Assembly (NCBI GenBank): GCA_030390025.1
Contig: CM059432.1
Coordinates: 48,300,001 to 48,364,000, forward strand
Reading direction: 5' to 3'
Source: Squalus acanthias
Lineage: Eukaryota
Length of the DNA: 64,000 nucleotides
The notes under the pieces are model-generated. The model saw nothing but the letters and a program-made list of their open reading frames with translations. It was not told the origin of the DNA and did not search any database. Each line of letters starts with the position of its first letter. Positions within the stretch are counted from its first letter, which is position 1. Both the position numbers and the translations under genes were made by a program. Shown piece by piece: positions 1-10,845 of the stretch.

Positions 1-1695
1 GTTGTCGGGGCCCATAGCCTTTGTTGTATCCAGTGCGCTCAACCGTTTCCTGATATCACGTGGTGTGAATCGAATTGGCTGAAGACTAGCTTCTGTGATG
101 GTGAGAACCTCAGGAGGAGGCCGATATGGATCATCCACTCGGCACTTCTGGCTGAAGCTGGTTGCAAACGCTTCAGCCTTGTCTTTTGCACTCGTGTGCT
201 GGACTCCGCCATCATTGAGGATGGGGATATTCATGGAGCCTCCTCCTCCCGTTAGTTGTGTAATTGTCCACCACCATTGACGACTGGATGTGGCAGGACT
301 GCAGAGCTTTGATCTGGTCCGTTGATTATGGGATCGCTTAGCCCTGTCTATAGCATGCTGCTTCCACTGTTTAGCATGCACGTAGTCCTGTGTTGCAGCT
401 TCCCCAGGTTGGCACCTGATTTTTAGGTACGCCTGGTGCTGCTCCTGGCATGATCTTCTGCACTCATTGAACCAGGGTTGGTCCTCTGGCTTGATGGTAA
501 TGGTAGAGTGAGGGATATGCTGGGTGATGAGGTTATAGATTGTGGTGGAATACAATTCTGCTGCTGCTGATGGCCCACAGCACCTCATGGATGCCCAGTT
601 TTGAGCTGCTAGATCTGTTCTGAATCTATTCCATTTAGTATGGTGGTAGTGCCACACAACACAATGGAGGGCGTCCTCAGTGTGAAGACGGGACTTCGTC
701 TCCACAAGGACTGTGCAGTGGTCACTGCTACCAATGCTTTCATGGACAGATGCATATGTACCAGGTAGATTGGTGAAGACAAAGTAAGTTTTTCCCTTGT
801 GTTGGTTCTCTCACCACCTGCCCCAGGCCCAGTCTGGCAGCTATGTCCTTCAGGACTCGGCCAGCTCAGTCAGTAGTGGTGCTACCAAGCCACTCTTGGT
901 GATGGACATTGCAGTCCCCCACCCAGAGTACATTTTGTGCCCTTGCTACCCTCAGTGCTTCTTCCAAGTGGTGTTCAACTTGGAGGAGTACTGATTCATC
1001 AGCTGAGGGAGGCGGTAATTGGTAATCAGCGGGTGGTTTCCTTGCCTATGCTTGACCTTCATGAGTTCCGGAGTCAATGCTGAGGACTCCCAGGGCCACT
1101 CACAACTCTATACCACTGTACCGCAACCTCTGCTGGATCTGTCCTGCCGGTGGGACAAGATGGTGCTGGAGGAGTCCGGGACATTGGCTGAAAGGTATGA
1201 TTCTGAGAGTATGACTATGTCAAGCTGTTGCTTGACTAGTCAGTGGGACAGCTCTCCCAATTTTGGCACAAGTCCCCCGATGTTAGTGAGGAGGACTTTG
1301 CAGGGTTGACCGGGCTGGGTGTGCCGTGTGAAGCCAATGCTGGATGGTCTATCCGGTTTTATATTCATTATTGTTTTTTGCAGCGGTTTGTTCAGTGGCT
1401 TGCTAGGTCATTTCAGAGGGCAGTTATGAGCCAACCATATTGCTGTGGGTCTGGAGTCACATATAGGCCAGACCAGGTAAGAACGGCAGATTTCCTTCCT
1501 TAAAGGACATTAGTGAACCAGATGGGTTTTTACGACAATCCGATAGTTTCATGGCTACCATTACTGATACTAGCTTTTTATTTCAGATTTATTTAATTAA
1601 CTGAGTTTAAATTCCCCAGCTCCCGTGGTGGGATTTGAACTCAAGTCTTGGGATCATTAGTTCTGGCCTCTGGATTACTTGTCCAGTAATATGCT
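1..1695 (-). mobile_element. CR1-type LINE 5' portion: tRNA-like head and 5' body followed by degenerate APE endonuclease/ORF2 (runs off window)
   Basis: Minus strand near 1310-1160 reads QPCKVLLTNIGGLVPKLGELSH*LVKQQLDIVILSESYLS, an APE endonuclease N-terminus. The head contains a B-box-like GAGTTCAAATC near 1632-1642. Confidence 0.75.
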
Positions 1696-2777
1696 TTGTT
1701 ATTTTCTATGTTTCGAAGATCATTATGAAATAAATTGGAATTCTCTGTAATTGTTACTCTGTTCACGTATTATTTGTAAAATAAATTAACTTATTGGTTT
1801 ATGATTGGCCTGTTCTCGCTAAAAAAATCTGCCTTTTGGGAGAATCGCAGGTGTTGACATATGTAAGTTTATAGTATCTAGTTGAAATAACAAACAATGT
1901 CAATGTTTGGGCCACCCTTGCGTCACGCAATCGGATGACTAGATATTGGACAGTAAAGGTAAACTTCTAATGATAAGGGACACGGGATCTGCCTATGAGA
2001 GGGATTGGTGATGTTGGATATCCAATGAAGACTCAAAATTTGTAGCAATTGGTGGCAGCTATCTGTGATATCTCATTTACACTGGTGAGAAGGCAGCACT
2101 GTAAAACATTTAAAATTGAAGTGAACAGAAAATGATATTTAAAAATATCATCCAAATAAAAAGAGGCAGGACTTGAATTAGCCCGATTGGCTGCAGAAGA
2201 AAAAGCAAAATAAAATTTCAGCTAGATTCGGAGCAATATAGACGAGGAGTGAGAACCAGAGGACTGCACATGGGAAGATGAGTAACAAGGTGAATTTGAT
2301 GAGAAAGAGAAACAGCATGACTGGCAGAGAACTGTACATTGACAGAACAATTGGGGAGTGTAAATGAGGTTGTTGAACATGTTGCTCATGATTTTTTTAA
2401 TGGAATTTGATCCCAAATTTCAAAGAATTATGTCATTGATAGTTTTATTTTGTATTGAAAGGGTTAACTTGTCACTGTAAATTGGACAAAAATAAATGGG
2501 CCAGATGTCTTGCAACTTATCATTGGCAGTAAATAGTTATGATCTTCAGTATAGCCACCTTCTAGTTGTGGTGGAAAAGCACTTAAGCTGTCTCATGATA
2601 ATATTCAACCTAAAATGTTAAATGCCGAAGGTAGAAAGAGCAATTTCTTTCCTCCACGATACTTTTAGTACCTTAACTATTCTTCATGTGAGAGTTTAGG
2701 AAGTGGAAGTACACAATCTTGAGAGGGGGGCAACGCAACAGAGTCCAATCCTGTCCTTACTCGCTGTTCATGCATGA

Positions 2778-3165
2778 TAGTGTAGCAGTTATGTTACTGG
2801 ACTAGTAATCCAGAGGCCTGAACTAACAAGCCAGAGAATTTGATTTCAAATCCCAGTTTGAGAATTTGAATTGTGTTAAAAAAAAATAATCTGGAAATAA
2901 AAAGCTGGTATCAGCAAAAAAGTGACCATGCAGCTGACTGTCCTCTGAAGTGACGTAGCAAGCCACTCAGTTATATCAAAAAATTGCTTCAAGAAGGGCA
3001 CACCATGTTCATCTACACTAGCAGTGTCTGAACCAAAACTTCAAAGCCACTCGAGGAATTATAGTAAATTAGTCAGCCCACTATCACCTTCTCAGGTCAC
3101 CTACGATGGGCAATAAATACCAGCCTCATCAGCAACACCCACATCCAGAGAACAAATAAAAAAAT
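2778..3165 (+). mobile_element. tRNA-head SINE-like element with CR1-type tail
   Basis: Shares head and body with the 1390-1695 LINE 5' end (ttactggactagtaatccagaggcc, aaaagctggtatcag, agcaagccactcag). Ends in gatgggcaataaat...cacatcc...aaataaaaaa like the LINE tail at 15917-15978. Confidence 0.65.
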
Positions 3166-4166
3166 TAACTTTCCTGCAACAATTCCTGAATAGTGACTAT
3201 GCTGAATTTTCTTTCCCTTAGTCCAGGGCCACTCTGATGTCTTCACAGATATGGGGTCAGCTCCCACATGTATGCTGATGACACCCAGCTCTCTTTCACC
3301 ACCTCAGTGCTGTCAGACTGTTTGTTCGACACCCAGTCTTGACTGAGCTTCAATTATTTCCAGTTAAACAACTGGAAGACCAAAGCCATTGTCTTCGGTC
3401 CCAGCCACAAACGCTATGCCCTGGCCATTGACACCATCCCCCTCCCCCACAACCATTTTCTCAAACTGAACCAAGCTGTTTGCAACCTCAATGTCCTAAT
3501 GGATCTCGAGCAGGACTTCAGGCCCCATATCCTCTCCATCTAAAATACCGCCTCTGTAATATCATCCATCTCCGTCCCTGCCTCCGTCCATCTGCTACTT
3601 AAATGCTTGTGTACCTTTGCCACCTCCAGACTCAACTATTCCAATGCTCTCCTGGCTGGCCTCTCATCCTCCATGAACTTCAGCTCATCCAAAACTCTGC
3701 TGCCTGTATCTGATCTCACACCAAGCCCTATCGCCCATGTACTCGCTGACCTATATTGGCTCTTGGTCACCAACTGCTAAAATTTTAAATCCTGAGGGGT
3801 AGAAATTAGGTCGCGCCCCATTTGGGGCGCAAATATCGTCCGGACGCAAATATTAGCGCCTGGCGCTAATTATCGGCACTGACAGGAAACTTCACTTTTA
3901 CCGCCCCGGGAGGTGAGTGGAGCGCTAAATTAGGCGCTGCACACCTCTCTTAAGGCGCAAAGGCCAAGGAGTGAGGCGCTAACTCAGCGCACGAGCGCAG
4001 CGCAGCTGCTGCCAGTTAGCGAGGGAACACAGACACAATGGCGCCGGACACTTCTTAAAGCGGGGGGGGGGGGGGGGGGGGGGCCACTTGCTCCCCAGCC
4101 ACACCCTGCTCATTGCAGCCTTGAATCTCAGCCTGGAGAGACCTGTAATCCATTTTGCTGCCAAGC

Positions 4167-4403
4167 ATGGAGAGGGTGAGAGAACGCGCTCATCGCTTCA
4201 CCGAGCGGGCCTTGGATGCTCTGGTTGACGCAGTGGAGCGCAGACGATGCATGCTGTTCCCGGAGAGTGGCAGGAGGCCTTTGCCACGCGAGTTCAGAAG
4301 AGTGTGGAGGGAGGTGGCTCAGAGCGTCTACTCCAGGAGCATAGTGCCCAGGACCCATGTTCAATGCCGCAAAAAGTTCAACGACCTCACTCGGGTCGTC
4401 AGG
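4167..4403 (+). CDS. Harbinger Myb/SANT-like (trihelix) DNA-binding protein, exon 1
   Basis: MERVRERAHRFTERALDALVDAVERRRCMLF...VWREVAQSV...RTHVQCRKKFNDLTRVVR followed by a GTGAGT donor at 4404. Confidence 0.85.
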
Positions 4404-4544
4404 GTGAGTGGCTTTTTCTCAATACCTCTCCATCCCTCCATCTCAACCTCACTCTATGGCCAGAGGGTCTTAAAACCCCAATGCACAACACTCATCCAAC
4501 ACCTATGGCCCTTTCATCAAACACACACACACATTCCACACTTT

Positions 4545-4754
4545 GCATACAGTAAGGGCTATTCACCTATGGGAGGCACATCAGGCAAGACCATGGCTGC
4601 ATACAGTAAGGGCTATTCACCTATGGGAGGCACATCAGGCAAGACCATGGCTGTATATTGTAAGGGCTATTCACCTATGGGAGGCACATCAGGCAAGACC
4701 ATGGCTGTATATTGTAAGGGCTATTCACCTATGGGAGGCACATCAGGCAAGACC
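4545..4754. repeat. 54-bp tandem repeat, about 3.9 copies
   Basis: Unit gcatacagtaagggctattcacctatgggaggcacatcaggcaagaccatggct at 4545, 4599, 4653 and 4707 (last copy truncated). Units 3-4 share the variant gtatattg. Confidence 0.95.
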
Positions 4755-5249
4755 GCTACCCTCGCAAAGCCCAGAGCACGGTCACGCTGCTTGTCTGGGG
4801 TCATAGGGAAAGAGATGAAGTCTCGTCTCCTTCTGAAGAGGGCATTGGTGACCTGCCGGATGCAGCGATGCACCGCAAACTGGGAGATATTGGCGAGGTC
4901 CCCAACAGCAGCTTGGAATGAGCCAGTGGCGTAGAAGTTCAAAGCCACTGTGACCTTCACTGCCACCGACAGAGACGTCCTGGACCTCAGCTGAGGCTGC
5001 AGATCTGGCTGCAGCAGGTGGCAGAGCTCAGTGACCACCTCCTTGCTGAATCGCAGCCTTCGCAAACACAGCTCCTCGGACATATGGATGTAGGAGCTGT
5101 TCACGATATACCCTGGGAGGGTAAGCTCTCCTGTACATGCGCCTGATGGCCCTCCTCCGTCTGGCCATCATTGCCACTCTCTGTCTGCGTCTCACTATCC
5201 TCCGATTCAGCTGGAGCAGGACAACGCCCCCAATCATTGCAGCCCCCAT
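4755..5249 (-). pseudogene. Harbinger transposase N-terminal half (displaced; one frameshift near 5100)
   Basis: MGAA...YPPRVYREQ/SYIHMSEELCLRRLRFSKEVVTELCHLLQPDL...VAVKVTVALNFYATGSFQ...ALGFARVA. TATA-like CTATTTAAAG upstream near 5433-5442. Confidence 0.9.
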
Positions 5250-5468
5250 ATTCTCTTTGCCAGAAAAGTAATGAGGTACAGCAACTAAAGTAGCAACAAA
5301 GTTAGGATGAACTAGGCAAAACTACCTCACAAAGCGTTGAGTCAATGTAGAAGTCTCTCTCTCCGAATCTCTCTCTCTCAGAACGAGTGGTGCATAAATG
5401 TCGACCACAGAAAAAGACAGGAAGAGGCCCCCTTTAAATAGCGCCCCCCCCAGCCCCACACCGATTGA

Positions 5469-5911
5469 TAACATAGAAACATAGAAACATAAAAAAAACA
5501 TAGAATCTAGGAGCAGGAGTAGGCCATTCGGCCCGTCGAGCCTGCTCCGCCATTCAATACGATCATGGCTGATCATCCAAATCCAGTACCCTGTCCCTGC
5601 TTTAATCCCCACAGTACACATATCCCACCCTACCCCTGTAACCCCACGTATTTAATTCCCCCTAACATATCCCATCCTATCCCCATATATTTAATCCCCC
5701 CCTAACACTAAGGGTCAATTTATCATAGCCAAATCAACCTAACCCACACATTTTTGGACTGTGGGAGGAAACCGGAGCACCCGGAGGAAACCCACGCAGA
5801 CACGGGGAGAATGTGCAAACTCCACACAGACAGTCACCCGAGGTCAGATTCGAACCCGGGTCTCTGGCGCTGTGAGGCACCAGTGCTAACCTCTATGCCA
5901 CCGTGTTGCCC
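5469..5911 (-). mobile_element. HE1-like V-SINE (tRNA head, V-domain, CR1/HER1-type tail), full length
   Basis: Head GGGCAACACGGTGGCATAGAGGTTAGCA...GGTTCGAATC (A/B boxes), V-domain-like gggaggaaaccggagcacccggaggaaacccacgcagacac, and CR1 tail with (CTATGTTT)n. Confidence 0.85.
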
Positions 5912-6831
5912 AGTTCCAGTCTTCCAGTCGTTGGAAGCGCCAGGCGGTAAGGCAGGGGGCGCCACTCAATTTCCGCTCCGGGGCGCCCCAAGGGCGTTGC
6001 ACCAGGGGGGAAGGGGCTGATGATGGTGAAGCTCCAGAACCCAGCGGGCTGCAGCAACGCCATGGGGGGGGTAGGGAAGAACGGGGGCCTTCTCCCCAGA
6101 GGGAGAGTATGCCAGACACTCCTACTGCAATGGACGCAGAGGAGGAGCGGCTGATTGCAGAAATGAACAGCCAGGCAGTGGGCATGCACACTGAGCTCAT
6201 GGGTGCAGTGGGAAGGGTGCCCGAATGCATTGAATCACTGGCAAGGAGTGTGGAGCACTTCGCTGTAGCACAGGCGGATGCCACACTAAAGCTTAGTGCT
6301 GCAATTCAGTCACTGGCTGCCAGGAACCCATCTGAGACTGCTCTCATGCAGACTCAGATTGAGGCCACGCGAGCACTGACTGCTGCCATCCTCGATGGTT
6401 CGTGCACATGTCCCCGGGGCTGTCACCGCGCCACAGCAGGCCAGCAATCTGTTCTCCGGCAAATTGCTCCGGATGCTGAAGTGCTGCCCCGTGGGAGTGC
6501 CAGTGTGTCGGGCGAGCAGGGAGTTGCTGTCCTCTCTCACGATGACAGCATTCCTGCTGCCAACACTGTCACTTCTCCACTGCACTTGCCACCGCCTGTA
6601 GGACAGACTGCTGCCGCCCATGCAGAGTTGGTGCAGTCTGCAGCCGGGCCCTCCAGGCCCAGAACTGGTCGAGGCCGTCCTTCAGGGGCATCTGCAGTGT
6701 CAGGGTCTGACGAGCAGCAGCCTTCCACCAGCCTTGCTGCAGCCACTGAGGTCCCATTACGGAGGAGCAGTAGGGTTAGAAGGGGGGAAGTGCGCAAGGG
6801 AAGGAGATCACCCTCGAAGGGCAAAAAGTAG
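5912..6831 (+). CDS. Harbinger Myb/SANT-like gene, last exon (5'-truncated at the SINE junction)
   Basis: Frame is open from the SINE junction through ORF 6109-6831. Coiled-coil-like middle and basic tail (VPLRRSSRVRRG...KGKK) parallel the last exon of the second Harbinger (55269-56230). Confidence 0.7.
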
Positions 6832-7125
6832 GAGGTGTGCCAAAATGCTGGTCATTTTTTTATTAAAGGCCGAGGTTCATGGTCCAACTTTTGTTTAGTG
6901 TTTTGGACATTATCTCCAGGTTGTGAGAACCAGTTATGTTATTGACTGTTTTTTTGTGTTTATTTCTATGAGTTTGTCATGAGGAATTGACACACACACA
7001 GTTTGTAAAATAAATAAGTTTCTGTATTCAAAATATACATGGCTGGTGGTTGGAATTATTGGTGCCTTGGCCGGCTTAGGGGTTGCGTGCTGGGTTGATT
7101 AGTGTTTGTAGCAATGGCAGGGGCC

Positions 7126-7761
7126 CTAGAAGCGGCTTGCTATTAGTCGTTGACGGACGGCCCTTGCAGTTTGACCATTGTGGGCCGCCCTCCTGCCTTG
7201 GTGCTGCTGATGATCATCGTCCTCGTCCTCTTCCTCCTCCTCCTCTGGTGGTGCTACAAGGCCTGGTGGCATTGGCTGGGTCCTGAGGATTGCCATGTTG
7301 TGCAACATGCAGCACACGACTACGAAGTTCGAAACTTGCTCAGGCGAGTACTGCAGGGCTCCTCCGGAATGGTCCAGACAGCGGAACCGTTGTTTCAGCA
7401 CACCGATTGTGCGCTCAATAATGTTCCTGGTTGCTTGATGGCTTTCATTGTACCGCAGCTCAGCAGGGGTGTTTGGCGTACGGAGCGGTGTCATCAGCCA
7501 GGTGCTCAATGCGTACCCCTTGTCCCCCAGAAGCCAACCAACTGGCTGATGCGGTGCCTCGAAAACTTCTGCCACAGTAGTCTGGCGCAGGATGAAAGCA
7601 TCGTGGCAGCTGCCCGGATAGTGGGCATTGACAGCGAGTATCACCTGTCTGTGGTCACAGACCAACTGCACATTCAAGGAATGGAACCCCTTTCTGTTCC
7701 TGAATTCCTCTGCATTCTCTCGCGGAGCACGCAAAGCCACATGCGTGCAGTCAATGGCACC
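7126..7761 (-). pseudogene. Harbinger transposase C-terminal catalytic half
   Basis: GAIDCTHV...[15 protein letters not shown]...[11 protein letters not shown]...LLGDKGY...[18 protein letters not shown]...CCMLHN plus acidic tail. DDE residues intact and no stops. Confidence 0.92.
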
Positions 7762-9662
7762 ATGGAATGACGTCACAATCTGCGCGTGCAGGTGGTCGCA
7801 GCGGTAAGTGTTAGCGCCGCCGCACAATCTCAAGTTAAGTTCTCGAGCGGCGCAAACAGCGCTGCGCCCGGGCGTTAGCGCCTTAACGCCCCATTAGCGC
7901 CCTTTTAAGGCGCTAACGGGAGGCGCAACCAAGTGAATTTTTACCCCTTATTGTTTAAATGCCTTCATAGCCTTGCACCTGCCTATCTCTGCAACCTTCT
8001 CCAACACTGCAACCACCTCCAAACTCTTTGTTCCTCTTGACTCTGCCCTCATGTGCCCCTTCTTCACCTCACCATTGGTGGCCATGCCTTCAGCTACCAA
8101 GGCCCACACTCTGGACTTCCATCTCTAAACCCCTCTGCCTTGCTACCTCCTGCTCCTTGAAAGCCACCTCTTTATCCACATATTTGGCCACCCCTCCTAA
8201 TCTCACCTTTGGTTAAGCACCCTTTTTTTTTTTGACTTACACCTCTGAAGCTCCAGGACATTTTCCATGTTAAAGGTGCTACACAGATGCAAGTTGTTGT
8301 TTCCTGTTATTGAGGTACTCCAACTATTAAATTTACAATTTAGATTCCAGAATTGATATGGTGCTAATTTTGAAGTTGCTTCTCCAACATACTACAGCTA
8401 AGATTAATACATTAGAAATTTCTCAGATATACAGTTGCATAGATTGCATCAAAATCTATTTCAGAGATAGTCTTTGAAAGATTCCAAGGGTGAACTGCTT
8501 TCTTTTTAAATCCAAATCAAAAAGGCAGGTAATTTTACTTTTATGCACTTGTTACTTTCCAAGTACCTTTGGGTTGTCCCATGATGGTGAATTCTCAGTC
8601 CCAGACCCCCCAATTTGTAATGTTTCTTTATACTCGCATAGTTACGAGCAATAGGTCAGAGATGACAAACTTAAGAAAATGGCCCCAAATTACCTTGGGC
8701 CTAGGGTGTAATGCTGGGATAAAGCAAACACCAACAGCAAAGGAATTTTGGGGGTTCTCCTTTGGCGGAAGATTGAAGGAAACCCCAAATACACGGGGAT
8801 TCCACCGAAATTACGGCAACCAATCGGGAAAATCCCCGACCAAATTCCAACCCCCAAAGAACAGAGGGAAATTCCTACTGGAGAAGATGGAAGTTCTGTC
8901 TGTCCCATAGATGGTCTGATGCAAAAAAGGAGGTAGGACTGGTGGGATGGTATCGCATACTGGATTTCCTGCAGCTTCCACCTCTTGAGCAGCCAGCGAC
9001 CTGGACATCAGCAAGATATTGGCTAATTGAGAAATGTAAGTGGGGACCCACAGGTGCATCCAGAACAAATAAGAAAATGGAATGCTGGCACAATGCGAGA
9101 TCAGTTCTCTTATAAAAGGAGGCTAATTTTTCCTTTTGCCTGACATTACAGCCAATCTTTATAGTAATCTTGATTTAGAAACTGGAAATGGTAACATCCA
9201 CATTGCATCAATGGTGGAGCCCTGGGAATTTGCAATGTAGTAGGTAGCCTGCATAGTGTAGGCATTTGGTATTTGAAGCTGGCTAGGAGCAGCAAAAAGT
9301 AGGCCCATAGGCAAGGAACATTTTAGAGGGGAAGTCACTGTGGACTGTTCTTGCAGCTCCCTTTGGTTAGATTAACGAGGGTAGGTTCCATCATCTTAAA
9401 GGAATCAGTTAATGACCTGTGAAGATATTAAAAGCAAAAGGACAGGTTGAGGAGATTATATGAAGGTATCAGCTGTGACAAATGATCTGGATTTTACCAG
9501 GACCTGGTAAAATATTATGACAACTATAGGGCTGAAATTCCAGGATCCTGCTCCACTGCTGTTAAGTACAGCACTGCAAGAAACCAGATATGCTGGTAAC
9601 CCTTAGTTTACTATAGAGACTTGTTTTAAGAAAAAAGGACTGCAACAGCAGAGACACAACAG

Positions 9663-9668
9663 TTTAAT
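9663..9668 (-). terminator. Candidate E2F5 polyadenylation signal (ATTAAA)
   Basis: ATTAAA on the minus strand about 1.06 kb after the stop, followed by GU/U-rich sequence. No transcript evidence. Confidence 0.4.
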
Positions 9669-10729
9669 CTTTTGTGCCTTTTTTAAAAAAAAACAACTTT
9701 GGTCAATATAAAAACTGAATAGTACAAAGAACGTTCTTGCTTGTAATTCTACACTAGAGGCACTCCAAGGGACAATTTTATCCTCCGATATAAAATACAT
9801 ACTGTAAACATTTCACGAGATGTACAAGATAGTCTGGCCCAAGCAAACATTTAGACCAATTGGAATTATCCAAGTTGTGTCACAAGTCCATTTGAACGTT
9901 GAACAGTTAGAGGAGACAGGACATATTTAAAGTTATTTGCATAATTACCAATAAGCTACCAAAAACTAAACAATCCATTTCCTGTCTATTTGTTGTAATC
10001 TGCACAGTGATTAGTCACATTGGTGTGCATCCTACTCACCGGTAGCTTTTAGTACATACTGTAGATACGAAAGACATTACAGCTGGATTAAGTTAGGTCT
10101 TTTGGCCATATTCTGCTATAAGATATCCTTCCCCCAACACAACTACGCCTTCAATCTGAAAGTATGCTGGAATAGCAGAAGTACAGTGAAATTGGTCTAA
10201 AAAGACCACTTGTTTATAGAAACAAACATCTTTTGTGATCAACTAACAGCACATTAGGAGACTACTTAAATCAGTTCTAAACTGAGACAGGTTTTCCTGT
10301 ACATTACAAGACAAAAATCTCTCCTAAAGTGCGAGAACCGAAAGGCACTTAAAAAGTGTGCAGTATATAAAAATAATCAAATTTCTCTGCCACCCTATTA
10401 AAAAAGGCAGTAGAAAAGTCATTAGTGAAGTAAATACTTTTTTGTTGCAACATTAATGAGATTATTCCATGGCAGTATCACCTTCAATTATAAGAAAAAA
10501 AGATTCTATCATGTGCTACATGGCAGTGTTATGAAACAAACTGAACCATTATATAAAAAATGTCCTTGTAGGACTTAAACATGTAAAAGGACACAAGTTC
10601 AGAAACCGTGAACATTTGTCTTGACCATAATGCTGTACAGAACTTCACAAATAGGAACAAAGTAGTTTCTGAAGCCTGAACTGGTGGTCCAGAGGTAGAT
10701 ATGATATCTCGGGATGGTGATCACACTGG

Positions 10730-10845
10730 TTAAAACCGGCAATTCAAAATCTGTACATCAAAAAGATCACAGACTCCTTCATTTTCATCCAGGTTGAAAC
10801 TGTATTCATCAACTGGCGGAGGGGAAAGTCGAAGGAGAGGAAACA
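10730..10845 (-). CDS. E2F5: E2F5 exon 9 (last coding exon; pocket-protein-binding/transactivation region)
   Basis: CCTACAG acceptor; [38 protein letters not shown]. Confidence 0.95.

Larger units (their letters stand above)
3796..7947. mobile_element. PIF/Harbinger DNA transposon (Myb/SANT-like gene plus HARBI1-like DDE transposase), internally rearranged
   Basis: TIRs GGGGTAGAAATT (3796) and AATTTTTACCCC (7947), with TGA/TTA 3-bp flanks consistent with a TWA TSD. Contains both typical Harbinger genes on opposite strands. Confidence 0.9.
3235..8300 (+). mobile_element. L2-type LINE 3' fragment split by the Harbinger insertion (about 3235-3795 and 7948-8300)
   Basis: YADD-coding tatgctgatgacacccagctc near 3271. 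The sequence resumes after 7950 and ends in the L2 tail gcaagttgttgtt. Similar to 39890-40829. Confidence 0.8.

Noticed and set aside
4062..4083. G22 homopolymer as a functional G-quadruplex
   Set aside because: A simple run inside a transposon; its length is error-prone and nothing supports a function.
4545..4754. Regularly spaced repeats as a CRISPR array
   Set aside because: Units are contiguous with no unique spacers, the context is eukaryotic and no cas genes are present.
4155..4934. 259-aa ORF as a real chimeric protein
   Set aside because: A strong GTGAGT donor at 4404 ends the Myb exon. The rest is intron, tandem repeat and antisense transposase.
7126..7833. Domesticated host HARBI1 gene
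   Set aside because: It lies within TIRs and a TSD inside an L2, and the N-terminal half is displaced and frameshifted.
1700..9600. Exons of the expected downstream neighbour (RBIS/C8orf59 in human)
   Set aside because: No matching peptide recognised by eye. Absence cannot be concluded without TBLASTN.
10733..10744. C-terminal NCRF as a CaaX prenylation motif
   Set aside because: The cysteine is third from the end, not fourth.
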